The notes beneath the pieces are model-generated. The model saw only the letters and a list, made by a program, of their open reading frames with translations. It was not told the origin of the DNA and did not search any database. A program made the translations under genes and the position numbers. Below, one piece after another: positions 13,196 through 24,949 of a DNA stretch of 60,416 bases. Source of the DNA: Chiloscyllium plagiosum (lineage: Eukaryota); contig NC_057711.1 in the NCBI RefSeq assembly GCF_004010195.1, forward strand, positions 83,313,623 through 83,374,038, written 5' to 3'. Positions within the stretch are counted from its first letter, which is position 1. Each line of letters starts with the position of its first letter.

Positions 13196-14965
13196 CATAA
13201 GACAAAGGAGCAGAGTTAGGCCATTCAGCCCATCGAGTCTGCTCCACCATTCAATGAGATCATGAGTGATCTGATAATCTTCAACTCTACTTTCCTGCTT
13301 TTTCCTCATGACCCTCAATTCCCTTACTGATTAAAAATCTGTCTAATGCAGCCTTGAGTTTAGATTACATTCGCCTACAGTGTGGAAACAGGCCCTTCGG
13401 CCCAACAAGTCCACACCGACCTCCGAACAGTAACCCACCCAGACCCATTTCCCTCTGACTAATGCACCTAACACTATGGGCAATTTAGCATGGCCAGTTC
13501 ACCTAACCTGCACATCTTTGGACTGTGGGAGGAAACCGGAGCACCTGGAGGAAACCCATGCAGACACGGGGAGAACGTGCAAACTCCACACAGACAGTCA
13601 CCCGAGGCTGGAATCAAACCTGGGTCCCTGGTGCTGTGAGGCTGCAGTGTTAACCACTGAGTCACCATGCTGTTTACTTATGATCCAGCCTTAATAGTCC
13701 ACAAATTCTCTCCCATCAGAAAAACATTTCCTCCTCACCTCTGGCTTAAGTGGGTGACCCCTTACTCTGAGAGTATGATCGCTAGTCCTAGAATTTTTCA
13801 CAAAAGGAAATAACCTCTCTGCATTTACTTTGTCAATCCCCTCCACCTCCCCATTAGTATTTTATATGTTTCAATAAGATCACCTCTTATTCTTCTAAGT
13901 GAGAATGAGTACAAATCTAACCTCCCAATCTCTCCTCCCTACATAACTGGTATCAACCGAGTTAATCTTCTCTGAAAAGCCTCCAATTCTAGTTTATCTT
14001 GCCTTAGATAAGAAGCACAAAGCTATTCCAGCTGTGGTCTCAGTAGTATCTTGTATAGTTTTAGCAACATCTCCATACTTTTACACGCCATTTTCCTTTT
14101 GAAACGAAAAACAAATTCCATTTGCTTTCTCTAATACACACAATTTGGCTGCAAGCTTTTTGTGATTCATGCACAGGGGTTCGCAGGTTCTTCTGCTGTA
14201 GCTTTCTCCAGTCTTTCTCCATTTAAATAATATTCAGCACCTCTATTCTTCCTGCCACAGTGCATAACCTCACATTTTCCCCATATTATGTTCCAATTGG
14301 GTTTCTGCCCACTCTCTTAACCTGACTATATCCCTCTACAAACTCTGTCGTCCTCATTACTTGCCATCTAATTTTGTGAGTTCTGCAGAAGTGGTGATAA
14401 GACATTCACTTTCCTCATCCAAGTCATTAATATATATTGTAAATTATGTGGCCCCAGCCCTATGGCAGTGCACTAGTTACGGTATGCTAACCTAAAAATC
14501 TCCCCTTCACCCCAGCTGTCTCCTATTGATTAGCCAATTCTCTATCGATGCTAATATACTACCTCAAACACCATGAGCTCTCATCTTATGAACCCAACGT
14601 GTGTTACCTTATCCAATAGCTTCTGAAAATCCAAATTTATTACATCCACTACTTCCACTTCATTTATCCTGCTTGTTTCCTCCTCAAATAATACTGGTTA
14701 ATTTGTTAGGCATGATTTCCCCTTTATGAAACCATGCTTACTCTGCTTGATCATATTATGCATTTCTAAATGATCTGCAATTACATCCCATATAATCGAC
14801 TCCTAATGTGTTCCGTGGTATATTGTTACCTGTTTATTGAGTCCTTCCTTTTTTTAAAAAATAATGGTGTTACATTGCCAGTTTTTCAGTCCTCTGGAAC
14901 TTTTCCAGAATCTAAGCATTTTTGGAGGATCACTATCAGTGTATTCACTAACCGTGTAGCTATAT
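13196..14965 (-). mobile_element. CR1 LINE 3' portion, decayed, split by a SINE
   Basis: Tail CATAAGACAAAGGAGCAGAGTTAGGCCATTCAGCCC, then RT-like sequence collinear with 6955-8095. Confidence 0.8.
13360..13672 (-). mobile_element. HE1-like V-SINE nested in CR1
   Basis: Third copy of the 485-813 family; host CR1 resumes at ~13673. Confidence 0.9.
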
Positions 14966-15303
14966 TATAGACTGCATCCCATCAGATTTATTAATAAAAT
15001 TTACGACACTTAGTAGATGATTATGCATAGATGCCGGTACGTGTCCTCCCTTTCAGCTGAAAAATGACATGGAGCAGGTAAGGACATGCAGACTGTTTAT
15101 GTTGGAACTAGGAGAACAGATATCCAGAATAAATCTGGCATTTCTTCCTGTTTGTCAAGTCTTCGCTAGTGCCAAATTCTCAAAATGCATATTGTACACT
15201 TTGTTGTCCGGAGCTGCACCTTATCATGATATCATCTAGTGTCATCTAAAAACAAACTGTAAAAGGCATTTGTGAAAAAGATCTTGTTATTTCACACACA
15301 CAG

Positions 15304-15476
15304 ACATTGAAAGAAGCCAGTGACAATGCACGCAAGGACTTCCATCGTGAAGCGGAGCTGTTGACCAACCTGCAGCATGAGCACATTGTGACATTCTATG
15401 GTGTGTGCGTGGAAGGTGACCCCCTCATTATGGTTTTTGAATACATGAAGCATGGAGATCTCAACAAATTTCTCAG
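15304..15476 (+). CDS. ntrk2: TrkB kinase exon with alphaC helix and hinge (173 bp, phase 0 to 2)
   Basis: cacacag|ACA...CTCAG|gttggt; translates [57 protein letters not shown](R); [12 protein letters not shown] and CVEGDP are TrkB-diagnostic. Confidence 0.97.
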
Positions 15477-16024
15477 GTTGGTTTAGAAAACTGCAAGTTT
15501 CTAAATTGTTACTATGCTACTAATGTTTTACTGCTGAAAAACTACCCCAAAGCAGGACAGAGAAAAATACTGAAATCCAAAACAAAAATGGAAATTCTCA
15601 GCAGATCAGTCATCATCTCTGGAAGAGACACTGGGTTAAATGGGTAGAATTTTAAAATCTCAAAATGGAAGGGCTCAAAGCAGACAACAAATTAAAAGAT
15701 TTGATTAATAGATTAAAAGTGAAAGCAGCCAGTTTAATGAAAATCCAGCAGGAACCTGTCAACTTTCACCTTTAACCTGAACTTGATTGCAGTTCATGAT
15801 AAACCCTATTAGAAAAAAGATGAATCAGCTACTTATATTCATGAACTCGTCATTATCTGTTTCTCCAATCTTGAATTCTGACAATGTTGTTCACTGATTT
15901 TCTCAGCTTCCTGAACATGCTACAGAAAACAAATAAAAGGGCAGTGGGCAAAGAGACCTGAGAAACTGAGGTACAGAAGTTTAAAAACTGTTATGTTTTA
16001 AAGACTTTTTAAAAACCTCATTAC

Positions 16025-16365
16025 TCAGAACTTTTGTGTATAGGAGTTGGGACATTGTGTTGAGGTTGTTCAGGAAGTAGATGAGGCCTCGTCTAGAGTA
16101 CTGTGTCCAGTTCTGGTCGCTCTGTTATAGGAAGGACATTTAGCTGGAGAAGGTTCACAAGAGGTCTACCAGGATGTTACCGGGAATGGAGGGATTGAGT
16201 TACAAAAAGAGGTTGGATTGGCTGGAACCTTTTTAACTAGAGAGTAGGAAGTTGAGAGGTGATCTTATAAAGGATTATAAAATAATGAGGCGTATAGATA
16301 GGTGAATAACAAGTGTCTTTTCTTTAGGGTGGAGAATGTCAAGGCTAGGAGGTATATTTTTAAAC
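16025..16365 (+). mobile_element. CR1 LINE 3' fragment
   Basis: GAGTACTGTGTCCAGTTCTGGTC...TTGAGAGGTGATCTTATA; similar to 27780-28080. Confidence 0.75.
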
Positions 16366-16935
16366 TGGGAGAAAGTGAGCACTGCAGATGCTAGAGATCA
16401 GAGTCAAAGAGTGTGGTACTGGAAAAGCACAGCTGATCAGGGAACATCTGAGGAGCAGGAAAATCAACATTTCAAGCATAAACTCTTCATCAGGAATGAG
16501 GGGGTGGCCGAAAGGGGCTGAGAGAAAAATGGGAAGGGGTGGGGCTGGAGGGAAGGTAGCTAAGAATGTGATAGGTAGATGAAGTTGAGGATGAAGATGA
16601 TAGGTCAGAGAGGAGGGTGGAGTGGATTGGTGGGAAGGAAGATGGACAGGTAGGACAGGTAAAGAGGGAGGTGCCGAATTGGAAGGTTGGATCTGGGATA
16701 AGATGGGGGAAGGGGAAATGAGGAAACTGGTGCAATCCACATTGATCTCGTGTGGTTGGAGGGTCACAAGGCGGAAGATGAGGCGTTCTTCCTCCAGGCA
16801 TCGGATGGTAAGGGTCTGGCAGTGGAGGATGCCCAGGACCTGCGTGTCCTTGATGGCGTGGGAGGGGGAGTTAAAGTGTTCAGCCATGGGGCAGTGGGGT
16901 TGTTTCATGCGTGTGTCCCAGAGATGTTCCATGCG
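16366..16935 (-). mobile_element. Penelope-like element 3' end (GIY-YIG endonuclease C-terminus, 3' terminus with decayed HHR); family A
   Basis: ORF 16360-17088(-) contains EHL...MAEHFNSPSH...VLGILHC...RCLEEERLIFRLVTLQPHEINVD, the PLE GIY-YIG C-terminal signature; then CTGATGAAG...TGAAAT and the CTGCAGTGCTCACTTTCTCC tail. Confidence 0.85.
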
Positions 16936-17089
16936 AGAACCCCATCTCTCGGGAGACAATACTCTTAACGTAATGTTGACAGGTAGGGTAGAGGTTTTCT
17001 GGACTGAGCACCAATGCCTCAAGAGGCTCAGACTCTTATTAGAAGGTCCCTGATATTTGTCACCTTCTGGAAGAAGCTCTCCTGCCAAG

Positions 17090-17950
17090 TGGACCAGGTG
17101 GACATGTCTATTTCAACCACACAGTATTTAAGGTGATGATATTTGCAGAATCTCACAAGCTGCTGCTTCAAGCATCTCACCAGAGCTAAGTATTTGCCTC
17201 AACATTTATGTACATATTTCAACTTATGTGGGCAGGTAAAATGAGTTGGCACTCAGAGCTCTGACTGGCTTCCCCAGAAGTCTAAGGGATCGATCACTGC
17301 AGACATGATTATCAATTTGGTCCCAGATCACCCTGGAGTCATCTTCAACCAAAAGGGCTTCCACTGATCAATGTTTGGCTCATTTGCAACCTGTCATCCA
17401 GTATGTCTGTGTGCAAGATCCCAGGAAATTGTCAGGATGCATTCAATCTGTGCCAGCCATGTCTTCCAGAACTATTCATATCTCAAAAGAGTGTCAGTGA
17501 TCGTCTTTGTGGAGACGCTCCGGACATATGGCTGATGTAAACTAAGAATCCCAAAAAACAAACACTCAAGAAATGTACAAATAAAGTTATGTGAAAGCCA
17601 GAGCTGTCATCAAACAAGCAATTGCGTTGCTGTATTATGATCGAGTTGTGTGTACAGATTTGGGAGAACTCTTCATAAAACTGGAGTTGGTGATAGCCAT
17701 TTGAATATGCTCTAGCTTTGAATACAATCATGACTGATCTTCTGACTCAACTTCAGCTTCTCATATCCGTAAATTCTCTTTGTACCACAAAACCCTATCT
17801 ATCTCTGTCAGTGTCGATTGGTCACGGTTTCTAGAATGATGGGGGTCTGCTGTGCCTTGCACAATATTGAGCAGCAATGCAGACTAGAACTCCAGATGTG
17901 GAAGATGATGAACATTCTGTTTCTTTAGAAGAGGAGGAACAACAGGAAAA
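17090..17950 (+). mobile_element. PIF/Harbinger transposase relic
   Basis: Frameshifted peptides GFP, FNQKGFH, PGNCQDAFNL and CCALHNI resemble Harbinger DDE motifs (NRKGFHSINVQ, PGSxHD, CCxLHN). Confidence 0.6.
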
Positions 17951-18483
17951 TTAACAAAGGGGATCAGGAACATAATGTGGTGAGGGTAACAATAGCTGCC
18001 TTCCAAAACTTCAGGGATGTTGGAACAATCTGATTCAGGAATACTTTGCTTAAACTAAGTGAGTGTAGTCACTTGACACATAATTCTGAACCCTTTGTGC
18101 CCCTTAGTCATCAATACAAAGCAATCCGACAATCTGTAATCCATCTCTCTCACAGTCAATGATTACTTGCTACTAATCAGTGTTAAACCATTCTTCACAA
18201 GGCAGAAGACTACACATCAGGCTGCAGGCATATACCTATGAAACAGAAATGTGACAATGCAAAAACTGTGTTGAAAAGTCAGGTAAATAACCAATCTTAG
18301 AGTTCTAAGATCTTCTAACTTACAGTTTCCACTTCAGCTATGGGATACAGATTGTGTGGAATTAGCAGAGCTCAATGCAGGCTGCTTACTCTCTCTTTTG
18401 GAGATGCCGGTGTTGGACTGGGGTGTACAAAGTTAAAAATCATACAACACCAGGTTATAGTCCAACAGGTTTAATTGGAAGCA

Positions 18484-18518
18484 CACTAGCTTTCGGAGCG
18501 ACGCTCCTTCATCAGGTA
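18484..18518 (-). ncRNA. Minimal type-I hammerhead ribozyme motif (PLE family B)
   Basis: Minus strand reads TAC-CTGATGA-A-GGAGC-GTC-GCTCC-GAAA-GCTA-GTG: core, 5-bp stem II, palindromic AGCT stem III. Confidence 0.7.
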
Positions 18519-18866
18519 ATTGTGGAGGGCTCGATCATAACACAGAATTTATAGCAAAAATTTGCAGTGTGATGTAACTGAAATTACACATTGAAAAATT
18601 GATTGTCTGTTAAGCCTTTCATCTGTTAGAATACAGTGATAGTTTCACTTCTTTCATGTGTAAATCACAAAACCTTTTTTTTAAAGTTGCATTCTCGGGT
18701 TAGCTGTTAACAATGGTGATAGCTAGACAATATGTTGAAGGTGTTAGCCCCCTGTGTTCTCTGTCTATGACCTGATGTTTAGATTGATTCCAATCTAAAA
18801 AGTGAAATAACAGAGTTTTACATAAATTCATGCAGCTTTTGCGCTCAGAGTTCTATATGAATCTAT

Positions 18867-19489
18867 GTCGGTTGTGGAAGGATCCTTTGGGGCCCTGGAC
18901 GGAGGTGAGGGGCGAAGATTTTACACCTCTTTCGGTGGCAAGGGAAGTTCCCAAGAGTGGAGGGTGGGTTTGTGGGGGCGTAGACCTAACGAGTGAATCG
19001 CGGAGAAAATAGTCTCTGTGCAATGCTGAAACGGGTGGGGAGGGAAATAAATCTCTGGTGGTAGGGTCTGACTGTATGTGGCGAAAATGGTATATGATGA
19101 TGGATTGTACCCAGAGATTGTGGAATGGAAAGATAAGGACCAGGGAGTTCTATCCTTATTGTGGTTGGAGCTGTGGGGTTCAAGGGTGGAGGTACAAGAA
19201 TTGGAGAAGATGCACTGGAGGGCATTGTTGACCACATGAGAAGGGGACATTGCCGTCGTTGAAGTAGAAGGCTAGCTGAGATGTTCTGGCATGGAATTGC
19301 TCTTCTTGGGAACAGAGGCGAAAGATTTGGTAGTAAGGGATAGTGTTTTTACGGGGTGGGGAGGGCAGTGGAAGGGGGTAAAGATCAGGTAGCTGTGGAT
19401 GTCGGTGGGTTTGAACTAGATGTCAGTGTTGAGTCAGTTGCCGGAAATAGAGATGGAGGGGTCCTGGAAGGGGAGGGAAGTGTTTGAGA
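18867..19489 (-). mobile_element. Penelope-like RT C-terminal/linker fragment, decayed
   Basis: Minus strand encodes LNTDI*FKPTDIHSYL (PLE TDIYxKPTDxHxYL motif) through LTSVQGPKGSFH. Confidence 0.75.
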
Positions 19490-19818
19490 TGAGCTCAAAA
19501 ACTACATGAATTTATGTAAAACTCTGTTATCTCACTTTTTAGATTAGAATCAATCTAAACATCAGGTCATAGACAGAGAACACAGGGGGCTAACACCTTC
19601 AACATAGTGTCTAGCTACCACCATTGTTAATAGCTAACCCGAGAATGCAACTTTCAAAAAAGGGTTTTGTGATTTACACATGAAAGAAGTGAAACTATCA
19701 CTGTATTCTAACAGATGAAAGGCTTGACAGACAATCAAATTTTCAATGTATAATTTCAGTTACATCACACTGCAAATTTTTGCTATAAATTCTGTGTTAC
19801 TATCGAGTCATCCAATAT

Positions 19819-19853
19819 CACCTGATGAAGGAGCGTCGCTCCGAAAGCTCGTG
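19819..19853 (+). ncRNA. Minimal type-I hammerhead ribozyme motif (PLE family B)
   Basis: CAC-CTGATGA-A-GGAGC-GTC-GCTCC-GAAA-GCTC-GTG; stem I CAC/GTG; predicted cleavage after CUC at 19850. Confidence 0.72.
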
Positions 19854-21618
19854 TGCTTCCAATTAAACCTGTTGGACTATAACCTGGTGTTGCGTGATTT
19901 TTAACTTTGTACTCTCTCTTTCTGATTGATCAATTGCTCATAGCAGACATCCTCTGTTTGGAAGGTTGAAAAATCCCCTTCAAAGGCTGCATCACCTACA
20001 CACAGAAGGGCATATTGTCGAATAGGACAAGAGACATTATGAATGGGATTGGCATGAGCACAGAGGCGGAACAAAGTCCCCTATTCCATGCTCCAGTTGT
20101 CCATCTTCCCGTTTAGAGCCCACATGCACACTTCCCTGGTATCCAAGCATTGGAGAGCTATTTGATGGACTTAATTGAGGGCAGAATGGGATGATGCAAA
20201 CTTTTTCATCATTTTTACTTCACCCTGAGTGTGCTACGGGCTATTAATGAGGGGCAGATGCACTCTGTGGATTGTTGCATTTGGTTCTCTGTGAAGGTCA
20301 TCACTCTAGAGGCATCCAACAACAAAGCAGTAAATCATTTTTTTCCTCTTCTTGCAGGTTGGGGGCTTATAAAAGAATACAGGGGTGATCTTTCAGAGGC
20401 CACCCCCTTTCCCACCATTCATGCCTCCAATTGCCTCCCGATTAGTGCAAATTGGGGGCCCGCTTCGTAAACTCAGCAGGTGGGTCCCCCGATATCTAAG
20501 TCAGGAAACCGGCTACCTTTCTCACCCACCAGCGAGACAAGTGTTTGTAGAGGGATGTGGTTGAAGCCTGTAGATGGTCATCTATCGAACATTTAAGAGA
20601 TGTAGTTGACTGGCATGTGTTGAAACTTGCCCATGGATCTTCTTGCCCAGCATTTAATTGCAGTGGTGGTGAGAAGGGTGAAAGTTTCTCCCAGTGCTAA
20701 CTCACCCAACTATTTTCCCTTCTTGCCAGCCCAAGAAAGGGGAAATTGAAAACCCAAATCTTATTAACTACGAAACATTCTTCCAGTTAGATCAGGAAAT
20801 GGTTTTTTTCTTTACCATGTGAAACCAAGCAGGCCCTGTCATTTCTTAATTGAAATTGCTGTCACTGTCTCTATCATGAACAGCAGCTCAAACATTATGG
20901 TAAGCTGGCATGCCCATACTACAAATACCCAAAATACAGAGATGTATTGTCCTGATCTCATTGATATTATTACTAGACAAGTCAGATCCCAGAATGAGAG
21001 TTGGCTTGGTAGATCATATTTATTTTACTAATGTAGTGGTCATTCATTGAAATGCAATCACTCAAGGCAACAGATCTTATTTACCAATAGATCATCATTG
21101 CATAAATGATGAAAACAAAATTTTTAAAAAACTATCTAGATATAGAATAGTTAGAATAAAAGTAAAACTACATCAAAACAAAGTCTCAGAATCACAGAAT
21201 TGTTATGGTACAAAAAAAGCCATTGGGCTCATTGTTCTTGCACCAGTTCTATTATCAAGTGCCATTCTCTTGCCTTTTGTCCATATCTCTGTACACCATT
21301 TCTATCAAAATCAATTAACACTCCAGAAGTCCATTATGTCTTAAATATACTAGTTTAGCTTATAGCTCTAGAAGGGCTGTTTGATTAAGTATACATTCAA
21401 ACTCTGATATTATATACAGACATATTGTCATGGGAGCACTGCCACTTTTCTTAGTTTCACAACAATGGGTGGTAGCTTATCATTTTTTACACAGATCTGA
21501 AAAGAGGAGGAGTTTCAAAGAAGGAAAGCCAAGGCTTATGGAGATGGAAAAGTCCACCACATCTTTTCGCAATCAACAGCTACTTAGTTGCTGGTGGGTT
21601 TCCTTTTGGAAGGATGAG

Positions 21619-21715
21619 TCGAGAGTGTGGTGCTGGAAAAGCACAGCAGGTCAGGCTTTTCCAGCACCACACTCTGACTCTGATCTCCAGCACCTGCAGT
21701 CCTCACTTTCTCCTA
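21619..21715. mobile_element. Miniature fold-back insertion of PLE family A terminus
   Basis: 21-bp perfect inverted repeat 21622-21642/21655-21675 plus tail; TTGGAAGGATGAG duplicated at 21606-21618 and 21716-21728. Confidence 0.85.
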
Positions 21716-23304
21716 TTGGAAGGATGAGCTAGGGTGAGGGTGAATTGACCAGGAACTGCATACCATTCAGGCTGGTTGTTCCAGAACTGACCACTTAAGG
21801 CTCTCAATTGGCAGTGGGGTGCGAAGGTGGAGATTTTGGCCTTCTTACCCACAACTTAATTCTTTCAAAGGTGACAGGGTCTGATCAGCCACCATTCCAC
21901 TTAACTTAGTTCCCCTCCCGCTTTCAGGCTTGCTGTCCCCAGCCCAGAAGATTCCACCTTTTGATGTTTTTGAAAATTCTATTAAAAATAAATTAGCAGT
22001 CACAGATGTATCTGGAGTTGAGCAAACTGTGCTTATTGCAATCTAATTTCTGCAAGGAGTCTATTGAGCCATAATTTCTCTATGTAAATTACCCAAAGCC
22101 TGTTTTAGGGGACTGCCTCAGGCACTGGTAAAGGGATCCGCAATATATCAGGTTGGACACCCTGAAGGTACCTTCTGATGCAGGTCACTAAAAACCAGCT
22201 TGGATTGCACTTATTTTACGCCTGTTAAATGAGAGCACAGGAAGATCCAGTTTCTAGCCTACAGAAAAATACAACTAGCTCTGAATGGTATATTAAGCAA
22301 ACTAATTTTCAATGGTATCATTTTCCCTTTGATCTGCATCTGGGGATTTCCAAAAATGATCCCTCATATTCATAAAACAAGACAACCACATGCTCTTCTA
22401 ATTACTGAAATTTATTGCAGCCCACATGGCGTCTTTAAAGGAACATTCTCACTTGATCCAACCAAATAATTACAACATAGCAAAATGTTTTCCAGAGACT
22501 TGGTATAAAATTCACAATCAAAGAAGAAAATTCAGATGCTAAAAACTTTTGATCTACATGGTGTCTAAACTTGATTGTTTCTGAATATAAGCATAGGGAC
22601 CATGATGGAGAATTTACCTGCACTCATTGTTTGTGATGTAAATAGCACTTGGTACTGAGCACACTGTCCGCTTGCATCAGGTAATGCCACCCTGCACTAC
22701 CAAATGTCAAGCTGCAGCTCTTGACAATGAAGTGCTCTGTGGCTGGTCCAGGTCCCTGATGTAAGTCTACAGTTGAAAGATAGACAATAGTCCAACATGG
22801 GAGATATTTCAGAAATGCCGAGGGAACATTGATCAAGAATGCGCAAGGGATTAAAAATGTACTATATCCATTGAGAACCAGGAGATCTTCCAGACAAGCT
22901 CTCAGGAGGCAGTGGGACCAGATAGGCAGAGATCAATGCTCAATATTAAACCCAAGAATCTAGATACAGTGTTGCTAATAGTGCATTGTTTGCACCAAAG
23001 TGGTCAAGATTGGTGCATTCATCTTTAAATGTTGTAACCCATCAAATGCATCGCAACCCTCAACAACTGTTCAATTCACTTCCAACTCAATCATCTACCA
23101 CTTATTACCACTCAGTTCTCAATAACCCAATCCAATATAGTCCAAACTAACCTTTTAATTTTTGCCTTTGTGTATCCTTCAAAGACAAAAATACAAAACG
23201 TGTCTGCAGCATAATATGTACATTGATGGCTTACCATTGAGGAGGAGTCATCAGTCCTTTGTATTCTTTGTAGTCACAAGAGATCACAGCCAAATTTGTT
23301 TGAG

Positions 23305-23415
23305 GTGGACTGCAGCAGTTCAAGAAGGTAACTCAACACCACCTTCTGAAGGCCAACAAGGTACAAGCAATAAATGCTGGCCAGCCAACATTACCCACAT
23401 CCCACAAAATAAATT
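23305..23415 (+). mobile_element. 3' tail of second LINE family
   Basis: GCAGCAGTTCAAGAAGG...CACCACCTTCT...CAATAAATGCTGGCC...CCCACATCCC, also at 26470-26575 and on the minus strand at ~30680 and ~54100. Confidence 0.7.
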
Positions 23416-23974
23416 TTTAAAAGTTTCTTTGACACTTAGATGTGACAATCTGCTGGTTTCTCTCTTCAGACTCTCATTTATGCCTGCAGCCATTTTGGAT
23501 CTTAAAAATCACAAACATTGGAATTACGAAAATCCATCCTCATATCTGAGTGCTGCAGATGAACCTTTTCATGCAAGCTCAATTTTCTACCTTCCAACTC
23601 AGATTGATGTTGTCATGGCTGCAGTTACAAATATTTCACAAGGATTTGCCGGACTGTTGTAATATCCAGCAACCTGCTATCCACCAGATTGCAAGGATTG
23701 TTGAGATACTGCCATATGGGGATGGTAGTGGTCCCGTGGAGCATAAGCTGCTGTCCTCTTTCAGCATGACAGTATCTGCCCTTCCTGCTTTTGTCTGTCA
23801 GCCAACCAGCCCAGACTACTGTCAGTTGGAAATGTAGGAGGTCAATATTCAAATTAATCTGTAATCTTCCCTACTGGAAGTCACAGCTATGCTGTAGGTA
23901 CAAGGTTCAGACTGTGCTGAACACTAGGCCAGACAAAGCCTCGAGGAAAACAGTAACAAGGGAATAACACAAGT

Positions 23975-24300
23975 GTCAAAAACAAAGTGTTGGAAAAACT
24001 CAGCATGTCTGGCAGCATCTGTAGAGAGAAAAAGAGAGTTAAAAGCCTTCAAGTCCAGTGACCCTTTGTTAGAATCGAAAATAGCTGAGAAATGGTGGTT
24101 TTATGCTGTTGATAGAGAGACAGACAGAGGGAAAGACAGGCGGTGGGGGTGGGGGGGGGGAGAGGGGGGCAGTGCGAGAGAGAGAGAGAGAGAGAAAAGA
24201 AAAAAAGTTAAGAGTAAGTGTAAATGGTTAAAAATGGATTGGCTTTGCTGGGAGGAACCCAGACAAAACAGGACTGTGGCATGTGGTGTGTGTTAACTGT
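23975..24300 (-). mobile_element. Old Penelope-like terminal fragment with G-run and (GA)n
   Basis: TGTTGGAAAAACTCAGCATGTCTGGCAGCATCTGTAGAGAG followed by a purine-rich tract, as at 16420-16700. Confidence 0.5.
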
Positions 24301-24390
24301 ACAAGGATGTTGGCATTAATTGTCATTTCTGTGAAATACAAGATAATTTGGTCTATAAATTTGGTTTGAACTATTTATTTTCTGTTAGAC

Positions 24391-24762
24391 TCAGAGAGTC
24401 ATAGAGAGGTACAGCATGGAAACAGACCCTTCGGTCCAACTTGTTCTTACTGACCAGATATCCCAACCCAATCTAGTCCCATATCCCTCCAAACCCTTCC
24501 TATTCATATACCCATCCAAATGCCTTTTAAATGTTGCAATTGGATCAGCCTCCATCACTTTCTGTGGCAGCCCATTCCACACATGCACCACCCTCTGCAT
24601 GAACATGTTGCCCCTTAGGTCTCTTTTATATCTTGCCCCTCTCACCCTAAACCTCTAGTTCCGGACTCACCCACCCCAGGGAAAAGACTTCATCTACTTA
24701 TCCTATCCCTCATGATTTTATGCCTCCATGGAAAACAGCCCCAGCCTATTCAATCTCTCCCT
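24391..24762 (-). mobile_element. HER1-like CR1 3' end
   Basis: ORF 24391-24645(-) QRVVHVWNGLPQKV...FKRHLDGYM; tail shared with 11750-11813. Confidence 0.85.
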
Positions 24763-24949
24763 GTTAACTTATGTTTTTGTATTATGATTGAAAAGACTAA
24801 AGCAATAATGGCCAAGTAATAAATAGAAGGTCAGATTGGTGAATGTGGAATAGAGATTGCAGTTGGATGAGTCAGTCAGAAAGGGCTTGCTGAAATTTCC
24901 AATGGACTTCCTTTTTCACTTCTCCTCCTCATTTCCTTCCCATTGATCT

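Larger units (their letters stand above)
18399..19909. mobile_element. Penelope-derived composite: ~420-bp inverted terminal arms (family B) around a PLE RT fragment
   Basis: Arms ~18426-18847 and ~19490-19912 are reverse complements; TACTCTCTCTTT direct repeat at 18387-18398 and 19910-19921. Confidence 0.9.

Noticed and set aside
16460..16497. Functional hammerheads at ~16480 (-) and ~41060 (+)
   Set aside because: Stem II and/or core are mutated (CTAATGA; disrupted ACGT palindrome), so they are treated as decayed.
18399..19909. Class II MITE or DNA transposon with long TIRs
   Set aside because: Arms are asymmetric (tail on one side), duplications vary in length between copies, and arms contain PLE-type HHR motifs.
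23162..23852. 166-aa and overlapping ORFs as a nested gene
   Set aside because: Non-ATG start, includes a LINE tail, no recognisable domain.
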